Positions 1-16,860 of a stretch of 64,000 nucleotides of DNA are shown here, one piece after another. Each line of letters begins with the position of its first letter. The first letter of the stretch is position 1. Both the position numbers and the translations under genes were made by a program. The notes under the pieces were generated by a model. The model did no database searches. It saw only the letters and a list, made by a program, of their open reading frames with translations, and was not told the origin of the DNA. Origin of the DNA: the human T2T-CHM13v2.0 reference genome, Homo sapiens; NCBI GenBank assembly GCA_009914755.4, contig CP068257.2, forward strand, positions 24,640,001-24,704,000, read 5' to 3'.

Positions 1-2075
1 TCCTTAAGAGCAATGTAGTCTCCAATTGTCCCTTTGTTTAGTGGCTCTGAGGTTTGTAAACAATGGGACAAGTCACTGTGTCAGTTTCAGATTGAATGAG
101 AGATATGCTTTTCTTTTGGAAAGTGGGAGAAGGGTCATTATGAGATGGGAGGTGGGAAAAGGAGAACTAGCAGCCTGTAGACACGTTATTAGGCAAATTT
201 ATTTTAGAAACAATGCCTATGGAAGTTGAGAATCTGGAAAAGAATCTGCTTAAAATCACCATGATATGTATCCCCTGGGGAGTTTTCATGTACCCCTGCC
301 AAGGAGTACACAGCCCGGAAGCACAAAGAATTGGTAGGGGGTAGGATACTCTCCACTGTCATTTCATGCCAAGCATTTCAATAAGGCCAGAATGGCAAGG
401 ACTGTCTTTTGTTAGGGCTGGCAGCCCCCACACATGATGCATACTCCCCTTTGAAATGAATTGGCCATCAAGCAACTTTCTATGATTGAATTCCCAGGTC
501 TGTCGTTAGGGTATTGCCACTTTATCACCTAATATTTACTGAGAATCTAACTTGTAGGTGCTTCTGGGAACATAAAATATAATTTATGCAATTTATGAAG
601 ATTCAAATTTTCCAGAAGTCAGGATGCCTAGAGGCAAATACAGTAGTGATTAAAAGCAATGACTCTGGAATAATTTGTCCTAGGTTGGAATTCGGTCTCT
701 GCAATTTTGCTTGTGTTACGGGGATAGCCTCTGTTTTCTCATCTGTTTAAATAGAAGAAATAATACCTCTTTTACAGTGTTTAATGTTTTCTCCATTTCT
801 CCTCACTCCTTCGTCCATGTTTCACCTTCTCTGCAATGATTCATCCTTGTAGACCACATCACTAGAGTTCCCTTGCCAGTTAATTGGCTTCCAATATTTG
901 CTAAAAAGTGGTACCAGGGGAGATTGGAGGGTGAGGAGAGAGGTGAGATATCTTTTCTAGGCCCTCTTTGGGCCATACATGACACCATGGCTGGATCCCT
1001 TCAAAACTACAGACAACTTTTGCTGATGGTCTTGCCTTCATATTTCAAATCTAACTCTACCTCACAGGCTTCTCATCATTTCTAGTCTCTGACCATACCA
1101 TCAGAATATATTTACTGTGATGTTTCAAAGTTTTTCTTCAAAGGAACTTCCCTCTCCTTTACTCAGTGGGTTCTGGATGTGAGACGAGGCTTATATTTGG
1201 AAACTGGGCAGGGGATACCCAGTTCATACTGGGGTGGCTGCTTTACCTTTCTGATCACCCTGATTATAACAGTTAAGAACTAGTCTCATTTGCTGCCCAC
1301 TTATTTTGCCTCTAGGAACTCTGTCTTCTACCGACCACGTCCTTATTCTATCCTCTGCCCTCTGTTATGTTGGCTCTGGCATTTCTACTTCACTTAGTGT
1401 GACCTGTTGCTTTGCCTAAGCTTCCAAGGGCCATCCTAGCAGTGTATGAGCATTGTTTCCCAGGGTCTTTGCCAGAGTGTCAAATCTGTATTCTGAGAGA
1501 GAGCTTCTGTGCTAATAAACTCTCCCTCATCCAACTTTACAATTCCCTCCTCTCCCCTTTGTCTAGCACTCTCTCAGGATTCATTTTTGGGGTCATAATC
1601 TCCAAGTACCAGCTAGTCTCCATCAACCAGAGTCTGTAGCACCTTTGGTGCTTTCACTTTTCCCTCGAATTGGTCCTTAATCACTCTTAGCCAGTCATTA
1701 TCTCTTTTAATGAATCAATGGCACTCAACAGCCACCCAATTCCATCCTTATATTTGCCTTTCCCCTCAAATATCTCAAAAGCCAGACATACTGTACCAGT
1801 TAGTGCTCCTCCTTCCACTGGCATCACATCCCAGTGTACAACCAGTGAAAGGCTTAATAATTGCACCACTGAAGCATGCCTGGTGCTATCTATACTCTAC
1901 CTGCCACTAGTGGTGGGGCCTCTTTGTCAGCCAGCTGGCAGGTGATGCAGCTCCAAAATCCAAATTTAGAGTCTTCTTCCTGGGATAGCTCCCGGTATCA
2001 ACTCACTTAGATTGGGTTCTTTGGAAAGAGATTCTGAGATGAGGAGCTACAGGTAGAAGTAGAAAGTTTATTGGA

Positions 2076-2424
<349 letters not shown>

Positions 2425-3155
2425 TCAGGGTGGCAAGATTGGGAAGACCAAGAAGCTGACCTCCATCCAATTCAATTGCAAGTGCGGCTTCAGCTGATCC
2501 CAAGGAGCCCTCTAGAGCTGAGATGGTCCTTTAAGTTCTCTCAAATGGAAGCAAGGCGGATAGACATTTATATCCCTACAGCAGCTAGCCATTAGCTGTG
2601 GGACCATTCTCTGCAGAAGGAAGTGTAACCTTGGGCAGGAGTTCTCTGTGGCAGAGCCAATTCCCAGTGTGGGATGCAGCTGTGAACCCTCAGCAATTGG
2701 GAACTGGGTGCATCCACCCTCAAAAGAGAATCTGGACAGAGTACAACAGCACTACAGCCACATTGCAGTCCAACTCTCAGCCCCACTGAGAATGCAAAAG
2801 ATGAACAAGAATGTCTTTTAAACACATTTTCTTCTTTTGCTTGTCAATTTTCAGTTCGTAGCCTAGATATTTCCAGTGTAGCAACAAAGACATTTCAACA
2901 GTGGTCACAGCAATGGTAAAATTGGACACAAATAAAAATGGAAAGTTTTGACAGTTTTAGCTGCATTTAGTTAAATATTGTGTTTATGCTCATTATTTGG
3001 CATAGCTCCTGTTGTTCTTGAGAGTATTTCAGAATATGCTTATTTAATTTTCTTTCTTTGCCATTTTTACTTTATTTTTTCCACCACATTTACTTTTCTG
3101 CAGTTAACTGACAATAAAAACAGAAGTGGAGGAGCTCAGAAGTCTACCCCAAATG

Positions 3156-3460
<305 letters not shown>

Positions 3461-4596
3461 GTCTACCCCAAATGTTCCCCAAGCATGCATTAGTGACTTC
3501 AAATACCATCACTTCCGTATTACATTTTGTCTCCCTTATATTCCTAATGAGGCTTACCTGCTTTTGGTTCTTAGGAAAAGGTCTGGGTGGAAAATATCAG
3601 CTATTCTTGCCCTAGAGAGTCTTGAAGCAAACACTAACATCCACTGTCAAGCAAATGAAAAGTCTAAAAGATAGGACAGAGAAGCTGTTAAGCTTTACCC
3701 CAACTGAAAGTTTGAGTTGAACTAACTTGGACTTGTTCTGCTGACTGGCTGTGCAGTTTTGGTGATATTTTATTAGTTTTTCCTTCCTTCAAAATTATGC
3801 AAAGGTCATGGTCCATCATGAAGTTTTATTTTTAATGTTCTATTTCTTTTTGTTGTTATCAATCAAAGAACATTATTGCCTGAAATAGTTTTCCCATTAG
3901 ATTAGGATGTTAATTGGTTGACAGAAATAATTGCTTAAAATGAAAGAACCTCCTCTTGCTGCTCAAAGCCGAGGAGCCTGATACTGTTTGTGATACAGGC
4001 CATTGGTAAATACTGTTGACTTGTGACCTGTGGTTCCCCATTCACTTGTTCTTTTTTGGAAGGAACAAGATGCTCTTCCTGCCTGGGGCTTTGCTCTGCT
4101 CAGCTATGCCACCCTCTGAAACATGTGATCTGCATTCCAAATGCTTCACTGACAGGTTCTCTATCACCCAGCACAGGTAGATCACTGTCATTGGCATCTA
4201 TGTGAGTGATGAGTTCTGTTTCATCATAAATAACCTGAATATTCATGTCCTAGACTATTGGTGACACTGGAACCTTCCTATTCATGAATACAATACTAAG
4301 AACATTGCATATACCTATTTTGCTATAGTGAGAAAAGCCCTCAAATCTCACTCTCAATATTATAGTACCCTCCCACCCCTCCACCCACAATTTTCAATGT
4401 TTGATTACTCTATAAAAGGTAGATAATTATCTGAATTTATAAACAACATAAATAATTCTCAAACATTTCACACAGCAACTACAGCATGAGGGTTGAGTCA
4501 ATCAGTCTTAACAGACACTCTTAAATTCATCTCCAGAGCATTTAGCGAGACTGAGAAAGAAGAAAAATTCTCCGCATTCTAACATTTTCGTCCTAG

Positions 4597-5011
<415 letters not shown>

Positions 5012-5468
5012 AGGGGTGCCTACTTTTTATAGAGAGATATATAGGGGCTAGGCCACAGTTGCACAATCCCATTTAACCAGAACTCTCAGAGCCAGAGAAT
5101 ATAGACAGCCCTGAAACATGAGAAGGATTGAGCATAAGCAATATTTCAGAAGCTGTTTAAACATGTCATTATCTGGCTTTTCTATTTCAGTAATTTGTAA
5201 GCAAGCTGCCTCCTCTATAAACACATCAGCAGGAAAGGAGAAAGCCATGTTAGTTATTGCATCTCTACTGCCTGGGACTTGGGGAGACAACATCAATTTT
5301 AATGCATTGAAATGCAGAAGTATCTTTGAGGGAATCCCATTTGGATTGGATCTCTTTGAGGGAATCCCTTATTTGGAATAAGACCACTGGAAAAGTCTGG
5401 GCTACTTTAAGGAAAGTGGAGAGATGTTCATTTTATAAGACTGAACTTGCACATATTTCCATGAGTGA

Positions 5469-5790
<322 letters not shown>

Positions 5791-6351
5791 AACTAATGGT
5801 TTTTAGCTAACGTTTTCCAGCAAGATTTGGGAATAGAAATGTGAACAGAAGCTCAGCATAATTACTTATTGTTCTGTCCTGCTATGAGCATTACTTATTT
5901 CACACATGATTATGGTGAAGTCTTCAGGCTGAGTCTAAGCTACGCTCATCATTGGGTTCCTACACATTTGGGTGCGTCTTGAGTCCTGAAGGAGTCTTTT
6001 GAGATGGTAGCAGGGGTCCTGAGTGTAGCATGTGTCTATTACTTTTCCCTGGGTGGCCATAGGTCCTCATCCTGGGCCCTATGAAGAGGGACTACAAGAC
6101 AAAAATTAAATATAAAAGAGTTGTTTTCTAAAACTTTTCTAAGGTATGTAACTCACGACAGCACTACTTTAAAGGTTTTATTGCAGAGTACAGCCAGACC
6201 CACCTGGACTTAGCTATGAGGGAAAGTTGGAAAGGATGCCAGTCACATTGTGTGGCCACTGACACTCTTGGTGTCAGCATAAATTGTGCTGTGCCCTTTA
6301 GACAAAGAATTGATGGCTGCCTGGCAACCTTTCTGTATTGTCTCTATTACT

Positions 6352-6560
6352 AGTGGTTCTCAACTAGTGGAAATTTTGCTTGCCAGGGGACATCTGGAAA
6401 TGCCCAGAGATATTTTTAGTTATCACAGCTTGAAGGAATGTAAGTGGTTGGGGGGAGTTTTGCCCAATGAAGGGATGCATTTGCTCAGGTTGCTTGGGCT
6501 TGCTTACAGCATGGCAACCAGATTTTATGAACAAAGCCCCAAACTTGGCATTTTTATAAC
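6352..6560. mobile_element. Possible MER5-like (hAT-Charlie) non-autonomous DNA transposon remnant
   Basis: agtggttctcaactagtgg ... ggggacatctggaaatgcccagagatatttttagttatcacag resembles the MER5A motif cagtggttctcaacc ... ggggacatttggcaatgtctggagacatttttggttgtcacaac as I recall it. The remainder is diverged and no second terminus was found. Confidence 0.35.
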
Positions 6561-7009
6561 TAACCTTGGAAGTCACATTGATTCACTTCTGCCATGGTCT
6601 GTTGGACAAAGAAGTCACAAGGGTCCAACTACATTTAAAGGAAGAGGACATAGATACTGCAAGTTCATGGGAGGGATATCAAGATTGCATTGTAAGAAAA
6701 ACAAGCATGTTGGGAGATATTGTTGTGGCCACCTTTGGAAATTACAATCTACTGTAAGTAAAACAAGAATCAATCAATATAAATTTAGGCTTGAATCACT
6801 TCTCTTTTTTTGAACGAAAGATAAAACTGTAAAGAAATATAGAGATACATGGAAGGATGATGTTAAATCAATACAAAATGATCAGTGAGTTAAAAGTTAC
6901 AGGTTCTAGGAAACATGGCTGGTGAATACAATAATAATTTATTAATTTTAATGTCAGCTTCAAATTTTTGGTTCTTTGGAAAATTGTTTAGGCCCCCAAA
7001 TATATAGGT

Positions 7010-7086
7010 CTATGTATGTATGTATGTATGTATGTATGTATGCATGCATGTATGCATGCATGTATGTATGTATGTATGTATGTATG

Positions 7087-7137
<51 letters not shown>
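7010..7137. repeat. Compound tetranucleotide microsatellite (TATG)n with CATG interruptions followed by (TATC)n of about 12 units
   Basis: Direct reading: tatgtatgtatg ... tgcatgcatgtatgcatgcatg ... tatgtatc tatctatctatc ... tatctata. The ORF-track peptide MYVCMYVC ... LSIYLSIY is its translation. Confidence 0.95.
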
Positions 7138-7563
7138 AGCTGCATTGATGCTGTAAGTCCAGAGCAGTTTTGCAAAATAGGCTGTGTTGCTAGAGAGATG
7201 CTATTTTCCTTGGCCTGTTTTTAAGCTGCTATCCAATAGAACATATTTTTTTTCCTGGTTGAGAAAAAACTGGATATGATCAATATAAAAAACTGGACAA
7301 GACACTGTGTGGTATTGGTTGGTAATCAGACAAAGCTTCTTGCTGTGGAGCACACCTTCCTTTGATGTCATTTGTCTCCATTTATTGGAATGAAAACTTC
7401 TCAGTGTATGAATCTTTAGCAAACAAAATGAAGAATGCTGAAAAGAAGCACGTAGCACATACACTTGAAAAATTAGGGAGAAAGCAACATTAGCAGAAAA
7501 ATGTTCTTTCTGTTTCACCTGAGATAAGTAGCCTATGAAATCTTGTAATCATTGAAATCATAA

Positions 7564-7892
7564 TTTTTTTTCTTTTTCTTTTTTTTTGTTTTTTCTGAGA
7601 CAGGGTCTGGCTCTGTTGCCCCGGCTAGAGGGCAGTGCTGCAATCACGGCTCATCGCAGCCTTAATCTCCTGGGCTCAAACGATACTCCTGCCTCAGCCT
7701 CCTGAGTAGCTGGCACTACAGGCATGCGTCACCATGCCAAGCTAATTTTTAATTTTTTTTTTTTTTTTTTTTTGTAGAGATGGGGTTTCACCATGTTGTC
7801 CAGGCTGGTATTGAACTCCTGGACTCAAGTGATCAGATCGCCTCAGCCTCCCAAAGTGCTGGGATTCCAGGCATAAGCCACCATGCCCAGCC
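7564..7892 (-). mobile_element. Alu SINE (older AluS/J-like, reverse orientation)
   Basis: T-rich tail then gagacagggtctggctctgttgccccggctagagggcagtg ... cccaaagtgctgggattccaggcataagccaccatgcccagcc. More diverged than the Alus above and the TSD is imperfect. Confidence 0.9.
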
Positions 7893-10800
7893 TGAAATTA
7901 TGATTTTCAATAGAACTATTGGCTACTGTTAGATTTGAATTTCACAGATTGAGTCTGGTAAACTCATTGGTGCTTATTTTGCAGACTGTACTATCGGTCT
8001 CAGCATTGAACTTTTAGAGATTTCTTAAATGACGTTATGGGATTATCTTGCACATCGACATTATAATAAATTCCTTCAAGGGCAGCCCTTGACTGAAGTA
8101 ATTTTCATAATTACGTTGACCTGAAAAAATATCCTTGCAAGAGACACTGTGCCCATATATCACAGAAATACAGGTATTGATCATCATGTAAAGGGAGGAC
8201 TGTGCCAGTGTTGGCTGCAGAAGGTGGGAAGATCTGCAGACTCTTTTTGTTAGAAACTGTTGCAGATTAGGTTCCCCAGGAAACAGACTCTGAAATAGAG
8301 ATTTGTATGCAGGTTTTTTGGAGGAGTGCTCTTGGGATCAATACTCTGGAAGAATAAAGAAAGTAGAATTGGGCAGAGGGAGAAGTTGAACTTTGATATA
8401 GATGCAACAAAGGCCTCAGCTTATTCCATGGGGCACAGTGGAGTTGGGGTAGCCCTAGAATGAACCAAATAGAGGTTAAGGGGTCAGTACCTTATACATT
8501 GATGTTGACCATCACTGGACGTGGGCTGACGCAGAAGAAGGGTCAGAACTTTGGGTAAAATGACTCTCTTTAGACACCGGCAGTTCTTGGAATGAGGCTC
8601 TGCTGAGAATTCTCAGCAATCAGTGTTTGCAGCAGGTAGGGGAATAATTGTCTCAGTTCTGAAGAGGGCATTCCTCAGCATCTACTGCAAAAGCTTATTT
8701 GAACTGCTGAGGAATACAGCACAATTAATATAAACCTAGGTTCTCTAACGTAGATTATGATGAAAGCCTTATTTTGAAGGAATACAGTTTCATTCAAAAC
8801 CCATCAGCATCAAGCCCAAGATCTCTCATACTCGTAATATCATCAGGTGATACTGGTTAATTCCATGGCAGTGAAATGTTAGATTTGTGCCATTTCCAGA
8901 AGTTCTTGTGTAAGATGCTTCAACTTCTGCAGATTCACAACAGTTGTCATACTTATTGTGAGATGAATGCATCTCCAAGATAGAGATGTATGCATTCGGG
9001 ATGAATTTGTTAATAATCATAAAGACAGTTTAAAGCATCAAGGATGTTTGTTTTTAAGGCCCTTTGTCCTGCTGCTGAAGGCCAAATTGGTAGCCTGGGG
9101 TTAAAGCTAAAAGGCTGTGTTGTAAATGTACTGTTTTATCTCTGTATGGAAAAATTTTGACTTGCCATCTCAAGAGAGCCATCACAGATGTCTCCTAAGA
9201 AAGAACTGGTTCACATTTTGGCTTTAATACCATCAGAATGATCTGATTATAGATTCTCATCCATAAGGAGATAGTATGTAGTGGTTAAAAGCATAGACTG
9301 CTCAATTCAGAGCACAGTTCTGTCATTTTTTTTTCTTAGTGTCCTTGGGAAAATCAAGCTCTGTGTTTCTCAGTTTTCTCATCTCTAAAAATGGGTATAA
9401 TAATATTGTTATAATAATAGTACCTCCCTCATTGCATTTTAAAGATTAAATGATAAATATATGTGCATGACAGAGGAAGTGATTTGCAGGTGTTTGCTAT
9501 TATACTGCTCTGTTTTTTTTTTTTTAAATAAGAATGAGCCAGCTTTTTCTGTATTAAATTACTGTACCATTTGTCAATTTGCTGGAGGTGCACCTTTTGC
9601 TGTAAGGAAAAAAATAAAATGAATAATGTTGATTGAAACAAAAGTAAGTATTTTTGAATAATCTTGGAGTTGACATTTGAAGATTTTCCTTAGCTCTGTC
9701 CATATGGATCAGGAAAAGATGTAAAACAAACAAAAAAAACCTTAGTCTAGATCTTTGCTGAAAGAGGGTGAGATTGGGAGTTTACTTTTGTGAAGAACCT
9801 GTGTCTCACATCTTTGATGTATTGTCTCAATTAATCATCAGAACTGTCCTATGAGGTTGGCACTGTAATTTTCTCCTTTCTGCAGACAGAAACCACCCCC
9901 TGCCGACAAAAAAAAAAAAAACAAAAAAAAACCCAAGACAACAAGAGGTTATGAGTAGAAACCAGAGCAGAGTTTTGGCTGTGAAAGAAAGTAAGTCAGT
10001 GTGACATTACTGCAATGCTGCAGAGATAGACCCCTATCATGTAATCACAGTCTGACAAGATGTGTACAGAATGCAGATGAGCTGGAGTACTTGTCACATG
10101 ATGACCGGCTGCAAAGGTGTTTCTCTTGGGGTGACAGCAGAACCATTAACTTTACTTTCTCTGAAATCATCTTTTTTTTGGGGGGGTAGTTAGCTAGTTA
10201 CTTCAATAGAATAAAAAGAATGAAAACTCATTTAGCGATATAATTACTAAATTATTGGGCATATGTCTCTTTAAAAATGTAATGCAAAGCCATTCTTGTG
10301 AAATAGTGTTTTTGGTGCCCCCACCCCATACACCGTTAAAGATTAAGTTGTCTAAGCAAGAAAAGGTGTTAACATTTTTGCCAGAGACCCCTGGGAATCA
10401 ATATATTTTTGTTCCAAGTCACCTTGTATTGTAGTTCTCTCTGGATATTTGGAGAAAGAGGAGATAGCTAGATTAAAGAACTTTTGTGGTGAAAATTACT
10501 CCACTTGAAGGCTTGTCTCTATCTTTTCTGCTTCAGAACTTTATGTTGATTTTGTGTGTCGGCTTGCATTTTTAAAAACTATAATATGGAATAGAACTAC
10601 ATTTAAATCAGGGAAAAAAGATACATATGTGGTTTTGAAATTTCTAAAATTTTGCATTTGGATAGTTCCTCTGCAGTTGCTCAGTTAACATATTTTCTTT
10701 TTCTATAAATAAAATGACTTGCGATCTTCTCTCTATTCTAGGAAGTCTCAAAGCTATTCCCAAGGAGTAAATCTTGACAGAAAAAGAAAAGCAAATTTTT

Positions 10801-12532
10801 GGGGGGAAAATTGTGAAAAAGAGTATTAAATTATTTAAAAATAGACTGATCTGGAAATCATGGAGGAAATGATGTTTACACTGTGTTTAAAAAATAAAAA
10901 ACGACTCAGTGGATATGCATGGTCCTTTGCACTTAATAAGCTAAAGAGGTTCAGATGGAGGATGATACAGTATAATTAAAATAAAAGCGGGGAATGACCA
11001 CGAATCAGTCATGGTAAATCAAAAGAATAAAGACATGAAAAGACTTTTTGGTATATATCAAACCATTTTTGAAAAAGAATTATGTGGCTAGAGAGAGTAA
11101 CAGTGAAAAAGATATGTAGAAAAATTTCTAAAATATAAAAAATATTATGTTTACATAGCTGATAAGTTTTTATATAGTAAATATACTAATATCAGTGCCC
11201 TTCTCCTGGTTCCTTTGAATACAAGATTAATGCAAAATATTTTTTAAAAATGTATCCTCTTTTGAGCCAGTGAAAAGTGACACTTTTTTTTTAAACGAAG
11301 TCACTTAGAATTATGACCAGATGGTTAAAGAAGATAAATTTTAAGAGTTGATTTTTCAAATTTTAAAGGAAACTGCTGTTGGTTTTCAGTGTGGTTCAGT
11401 GAGCTTCATAGTGCACATTTGCATATGAAAAATGCTTCCATAATATTGTATTTAATTTACTGGCAAACGGCTCGAATATATATTGTGGGTTTACAATGCC
11501 AAAATACCCAGTTGATTTGATAAAGCTACAAGTAAATTTTGGAGTTGAAGAGAAGGGAGTAATAAATCAGTTATCTGTCAACTTGCAGAACAAAGAAAAT
11601 ACTTACTTACTTCCCCATCCCCCCAACTCCTTTAAACTGGTTGAATTCATATTGTTTAGACAAAATGTGATTGCATTAGTGATTAGTTATTGATTAATCA
11701 TCTTATAAAGATTAAATTATTTGATTTCTTTAATTAGTTGATTTTTTAAAAATTGGCAGTGAAATCCTTGAAAAACATTAGACCTATGTAAATAGAGCCT
11801 GAGTACATACTCACATAATATTTAACCAATATTTGGACACACTACCAAGGCATCTTGTTAAGGTATTGAAATAATGACTGAATTCTCCAACCACTGAAAA
11901 AAATGAGTGATGGACTAATTATGTAAAAATGTCTTTTATCCTGCATGTGATTAAATTGGTCTGTTATTTGAATGAAGGAACAAACCTTTCTGGTCGTACT
12001 ATCCAAATCATTATCATGCAGGCACCATTTCTGTTATTTAAATGTAATTTTGTCAACTGTAGACATCATTGTTGCTTCTCCAGCATTAATTCCATTACTG
12101 CCCTGTGATAGAGCAGCTGCTGACCTGGATAATTGACATGATCTCCAGCTTCAGAAGCGGACTCTAATTGGCTCAGCCCAAAATGCAATCCCATCTCCTT
12201 GGTTCCAGTAATTGGTTCAGGAGTGTCACATGACATGAACTGTTCTAATCAGAGTGAAGACCATGATATTTATTCAAAGTTGTCTCTCCTTTTGTGTGGT
12301 GTGGTGTGTTGATGTGAGGCCTGGAATTGCTGTAGATACTTTGCTATCTAGTCTCAGGATAAAGCTGACACATCAGGGTGTGCGGAGAGATCAGTGAATT
12401 ACAGAGAAATAGACGGGAGCCCTGATCAAACCATGCCAGAAGCCTAAAGGTCTTTTGAACTTCATTAGCTGATGCATTCCATTTATTATTATTCAGTTCA
12501 TTTATTTTATCTCTATATATCATATATAAATA

Positions 12533-12613
12533 TAATAAACTTATACTATGTTATAAATGTTTATTATATTTATATAACTTATTACATTATGTTATAAATA
12601 TTTACTATATTTA
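12533..12613. repeat. AT-rich tandem duplication (about 40-bp unit, 2 copies) within a low-complexity AT tract
   Basis: ataaacttatactatgttataaatgtttattatatttat is followed by ataacttattacattatgttataaatatttactatatttat. Confidence 0.5.
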
Positions 12614-13014
12614 TTAGTCAGTTTGTGTTGGGCCCTTTAGTATGTACAAATGAAATCATCCTAAGAGTTTCAACGACTCAACAGCACCATGGCCAGGACC
12701 TATTATTGGTCCTTCATCTTCACTTCCCTACACAAAATCACTAATATGAGATTCTTTTCTCTTCTAGCTGCTTCTAAGTTGAGTTTGAGGTACAGCGAGG
12801 TGTGAAGGTAAAGAAAGCTCTCCATACCTTAGCTTTGAATAAACCTTCAAATATTTGGATGTAGTATAATTTATTTAACTCTTTATTTTGAAATAATTAT
12901 AGATCTATAAGAAACTGCAAAAATAGCACCTAGAGTGCCTCGAATCCTTCCCTTCATTACCCTCAATGGTGAATAATATATAATCACAGTTCAATATCAA
13001 AGCAAGAAAACTGA

Positions 13015-13398
<384 letters not shown>

Positions 13399-13479
13399 CA
13401 ATGTTTATTTTTTAGTAGAATGATTTTTGTTTTGAGAGAAGTTTTGAAATAAACACTAATAATTCATTCATTCTTATAG

Positions 13480-13600
13480 CTGGGACATTCATTTTAGTAG
13501 GTTAGCATATATATGCTATATATATGTATATATGTGTGTATATATATACATGCCATACATATGTATATATGTTAGTACACACATGCCTTCATGCAAAGAT
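13480..13600. repeat. (TA)n/(TG)n-rich low-complexity tract
   Basis: atatatatgctatatatatgtatatatgtgtgtatatatatacatgcc ... Confidence 0.6.
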
Positions 13601-13689
13601 ACATATATCTATTTAGAGGATCAGAGTATTATTCAAATATTTAGATTAATACATTGTAAATAGTTGTAGCTTTTTTTGGACATATTACT

Positions 13690-15000
<1,311 letters not shown>

Positions 15001-15535
15001 TTATAAATCATTCTACCAAAATGACACATGTACTTGTATATTCATTGCAGCACTACTCACAATAACAAAGGCATAGAATCAACCTAGATACCCATCAGTG
15101 GTGGTCTGGATAAAGAAAATATGGTACATATACACTATGGAATACTAAGCAATCACACATACACAAAAACAAAATCATGTCCTTTGCAGCAGCATAGATG
15201 CAGTTGGAATCCATTCTCCTAAGCAAACTAATGCAAGAACAGAAAACTAAATACCATGTGTTCTCACTTATAAGTGGGAGCTAAGCACTGAGTACACATG
15301 GACATAGTGTGTACTCAGGAATAATAGGCACCGGAGATTACTAAAGGAGGGAGAGAGGAGTGGGGCAAGGGCTGAAAAATTACCTGTTGGATACTATGGT
15401 CACTACCTGGGTGATGGGAGCATTTGTACCCAAAACTTCAGCATCACACAACATACCCATGTAAAAACCTGCACATGTACTCCCTGAATCTAAAATAAAA
15501 GTTGAAATTTTTTAAAAAAGAATGAGTTCACCTAG
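15001..15535 (+). mobile_element. L1 3'-end fragment (sense), older primate L1 subfamily
   Basis: ggtacatatacactatggaatactaagcaatcac ... gtgttctcacttataagtgggagctaagcactgagtacacatggacatag ... ends in an A-rich tail. Matches the L1 3' terminal region (ORF2 end and 3' UTR). Confidence 0.7.
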
Positions 15536-15539
15536 GATA

Positions 15540-16860
15540 TACTGCATTTTAAAATAATTTGATTTTTAAAAAATTTAATTTTTAAACTAATAGTAAAATT
15601 AACTATTTTTGGTGTACAGTTGAAACAATTTTAACACATAAACAGATTTGAATTCCCATATTATAATCTGGATGAGAAGTTTTACTACCCTAGAAATTTC
15701 CCTTTTGCTCTTCCTTTGTAGTCACCCCTTCACCTCTCCTCCATCCTCTCAACCCTTGGCAAATACTGACCTATTTTCTGTCACTCTAGTTTTGTGTTTT
15801 AAAGAATGTCATCTAAACAGAATTATAAAGTGTGTACACTTTTGAGACTTGACTTTTTTCACTAGGCATGTTTTTGACATTCATTCAAGTTGTTGCATAT
15901 AAAAGTAGTTCATTCTTTTTTATTGCTGAGTAGTATTCCATTCTATGGATGTATCACAGTTTGTTTATTCATTGATTTATTGAAGTGCATTTGCGTTTTT
16001 TCCCAGTTTTTGGTGATTATCACTAGAACTGCTATGAGATTCATGTGCAGATTTTATTGTGAACAAAAGTTTTGATTTCTCTGATTTAAATTCCCAGGAA
16101 TGCAATTGCTTAATCATATGGTAAGTATGTGTAATTTTATAAAAAAATGTTAAGTTGTTTTCAAGAGTGACTTTACCATTTTGCATTCCTGCCAGCAATA
16201 TACAAGAGTTACAGATGGTCTGTCTCCTTGTCAAATAAAATTGTTTATTTTTAGCCATTCTAATAGATGTGTGGTGATATCTGCTAGTGATTTTAATTTG
16301 CATATCCCTAACAACTAATGATCAATGTTAAATATCTTTTCATGTTCTTTTGAATCATCTGTATACCTTCTTTGGTGAAGTTTCTGTTCAAGTCTTTGAG
16401 TTTTAAAATTGGATTATTTTCATACTGGTGAGTTTACAAGGTTCTTTATATGTTCTGGATACAAGTACTTGTTGGATATGATTTTCAATATTTTCTCTTA
16501 GTCTGTAGCTTATCTTTTTAGCCTCTTAGTGGTGTTTTTCACAGAGTGAAAGTGTTTAATTTTGATGAAATATGGTTTATGAGTTTGTTTCTTGTTGGAC
16601 TAATGCTTTTGATATAATGCCAAAGGACACTTTGGCTAATTGAGGTGATAAAGATTTTCTCCAATTTTTTGAAATGTTCTATAGTTTTACACTTTGATTT
16701 AGGTCCATGATTTTTTTAAGTTCGATTTTCTGTGAGGTATAAGGTTTAAGCTGAGGTTCATTTTTTATGTATGTATGTACAATTTGTCCAATCGTTTGTG
16801 GAAATGATGATCTTTTCACGATTTGATTGCCTTTCCACTTTTGTAAAAGAAATCAGTTGG
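15540..16860 (-). mobile_element. L1M-type 3' region (antisense), reaching the L1 3' terminus near 15540
   Basis: Antisense L1 signatures: gtgattttaatttgcatatccctaacaactaatgatcaatg, ttctcttagtctgtagcttatctttttagcc, attttgatgaaatatggtttatgag. Lies tail-to-tail with the sense L1 end at 15001-15535. Confidence 0.65.

Noticed and set aside
1390-1960. Possible ancient LTR or DNA-transposon remnant in the first 2 kb (also 2400-2830)
   Set aside because: Only a vague impression of repeat-like texture (ORF-rich, moderately GC-rich). I could not match any consensus motif from memory, so it is left unannotated.
6286-6813. Longest non-repeat ORF in the track (175 aa, + strand)
   Set aside because: It has no recognisable protein similarity and overlaps a DNA-transposon-like remnant (MER5-like motif at 6352-6560). 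It lies in AT-rich noncoding-looking DNA with no splice-site or codon-usage context. An ORF of this length is expected by chance in 64 kb scanned in six frames.
7010-7137. Tandem repeats (this STR, the 27-bp higher-order units at about 29520-29640, and the 330-bp units at 50975-51960) considered as CRISPR-like arrays
   Set aside because: This is a eukaryotic repeat landscape. The units are contiguous with no unique spacers of constant length and no cas-like ORFs or leader. They are micro/minisatellites and L1 5'-UTR monomers.
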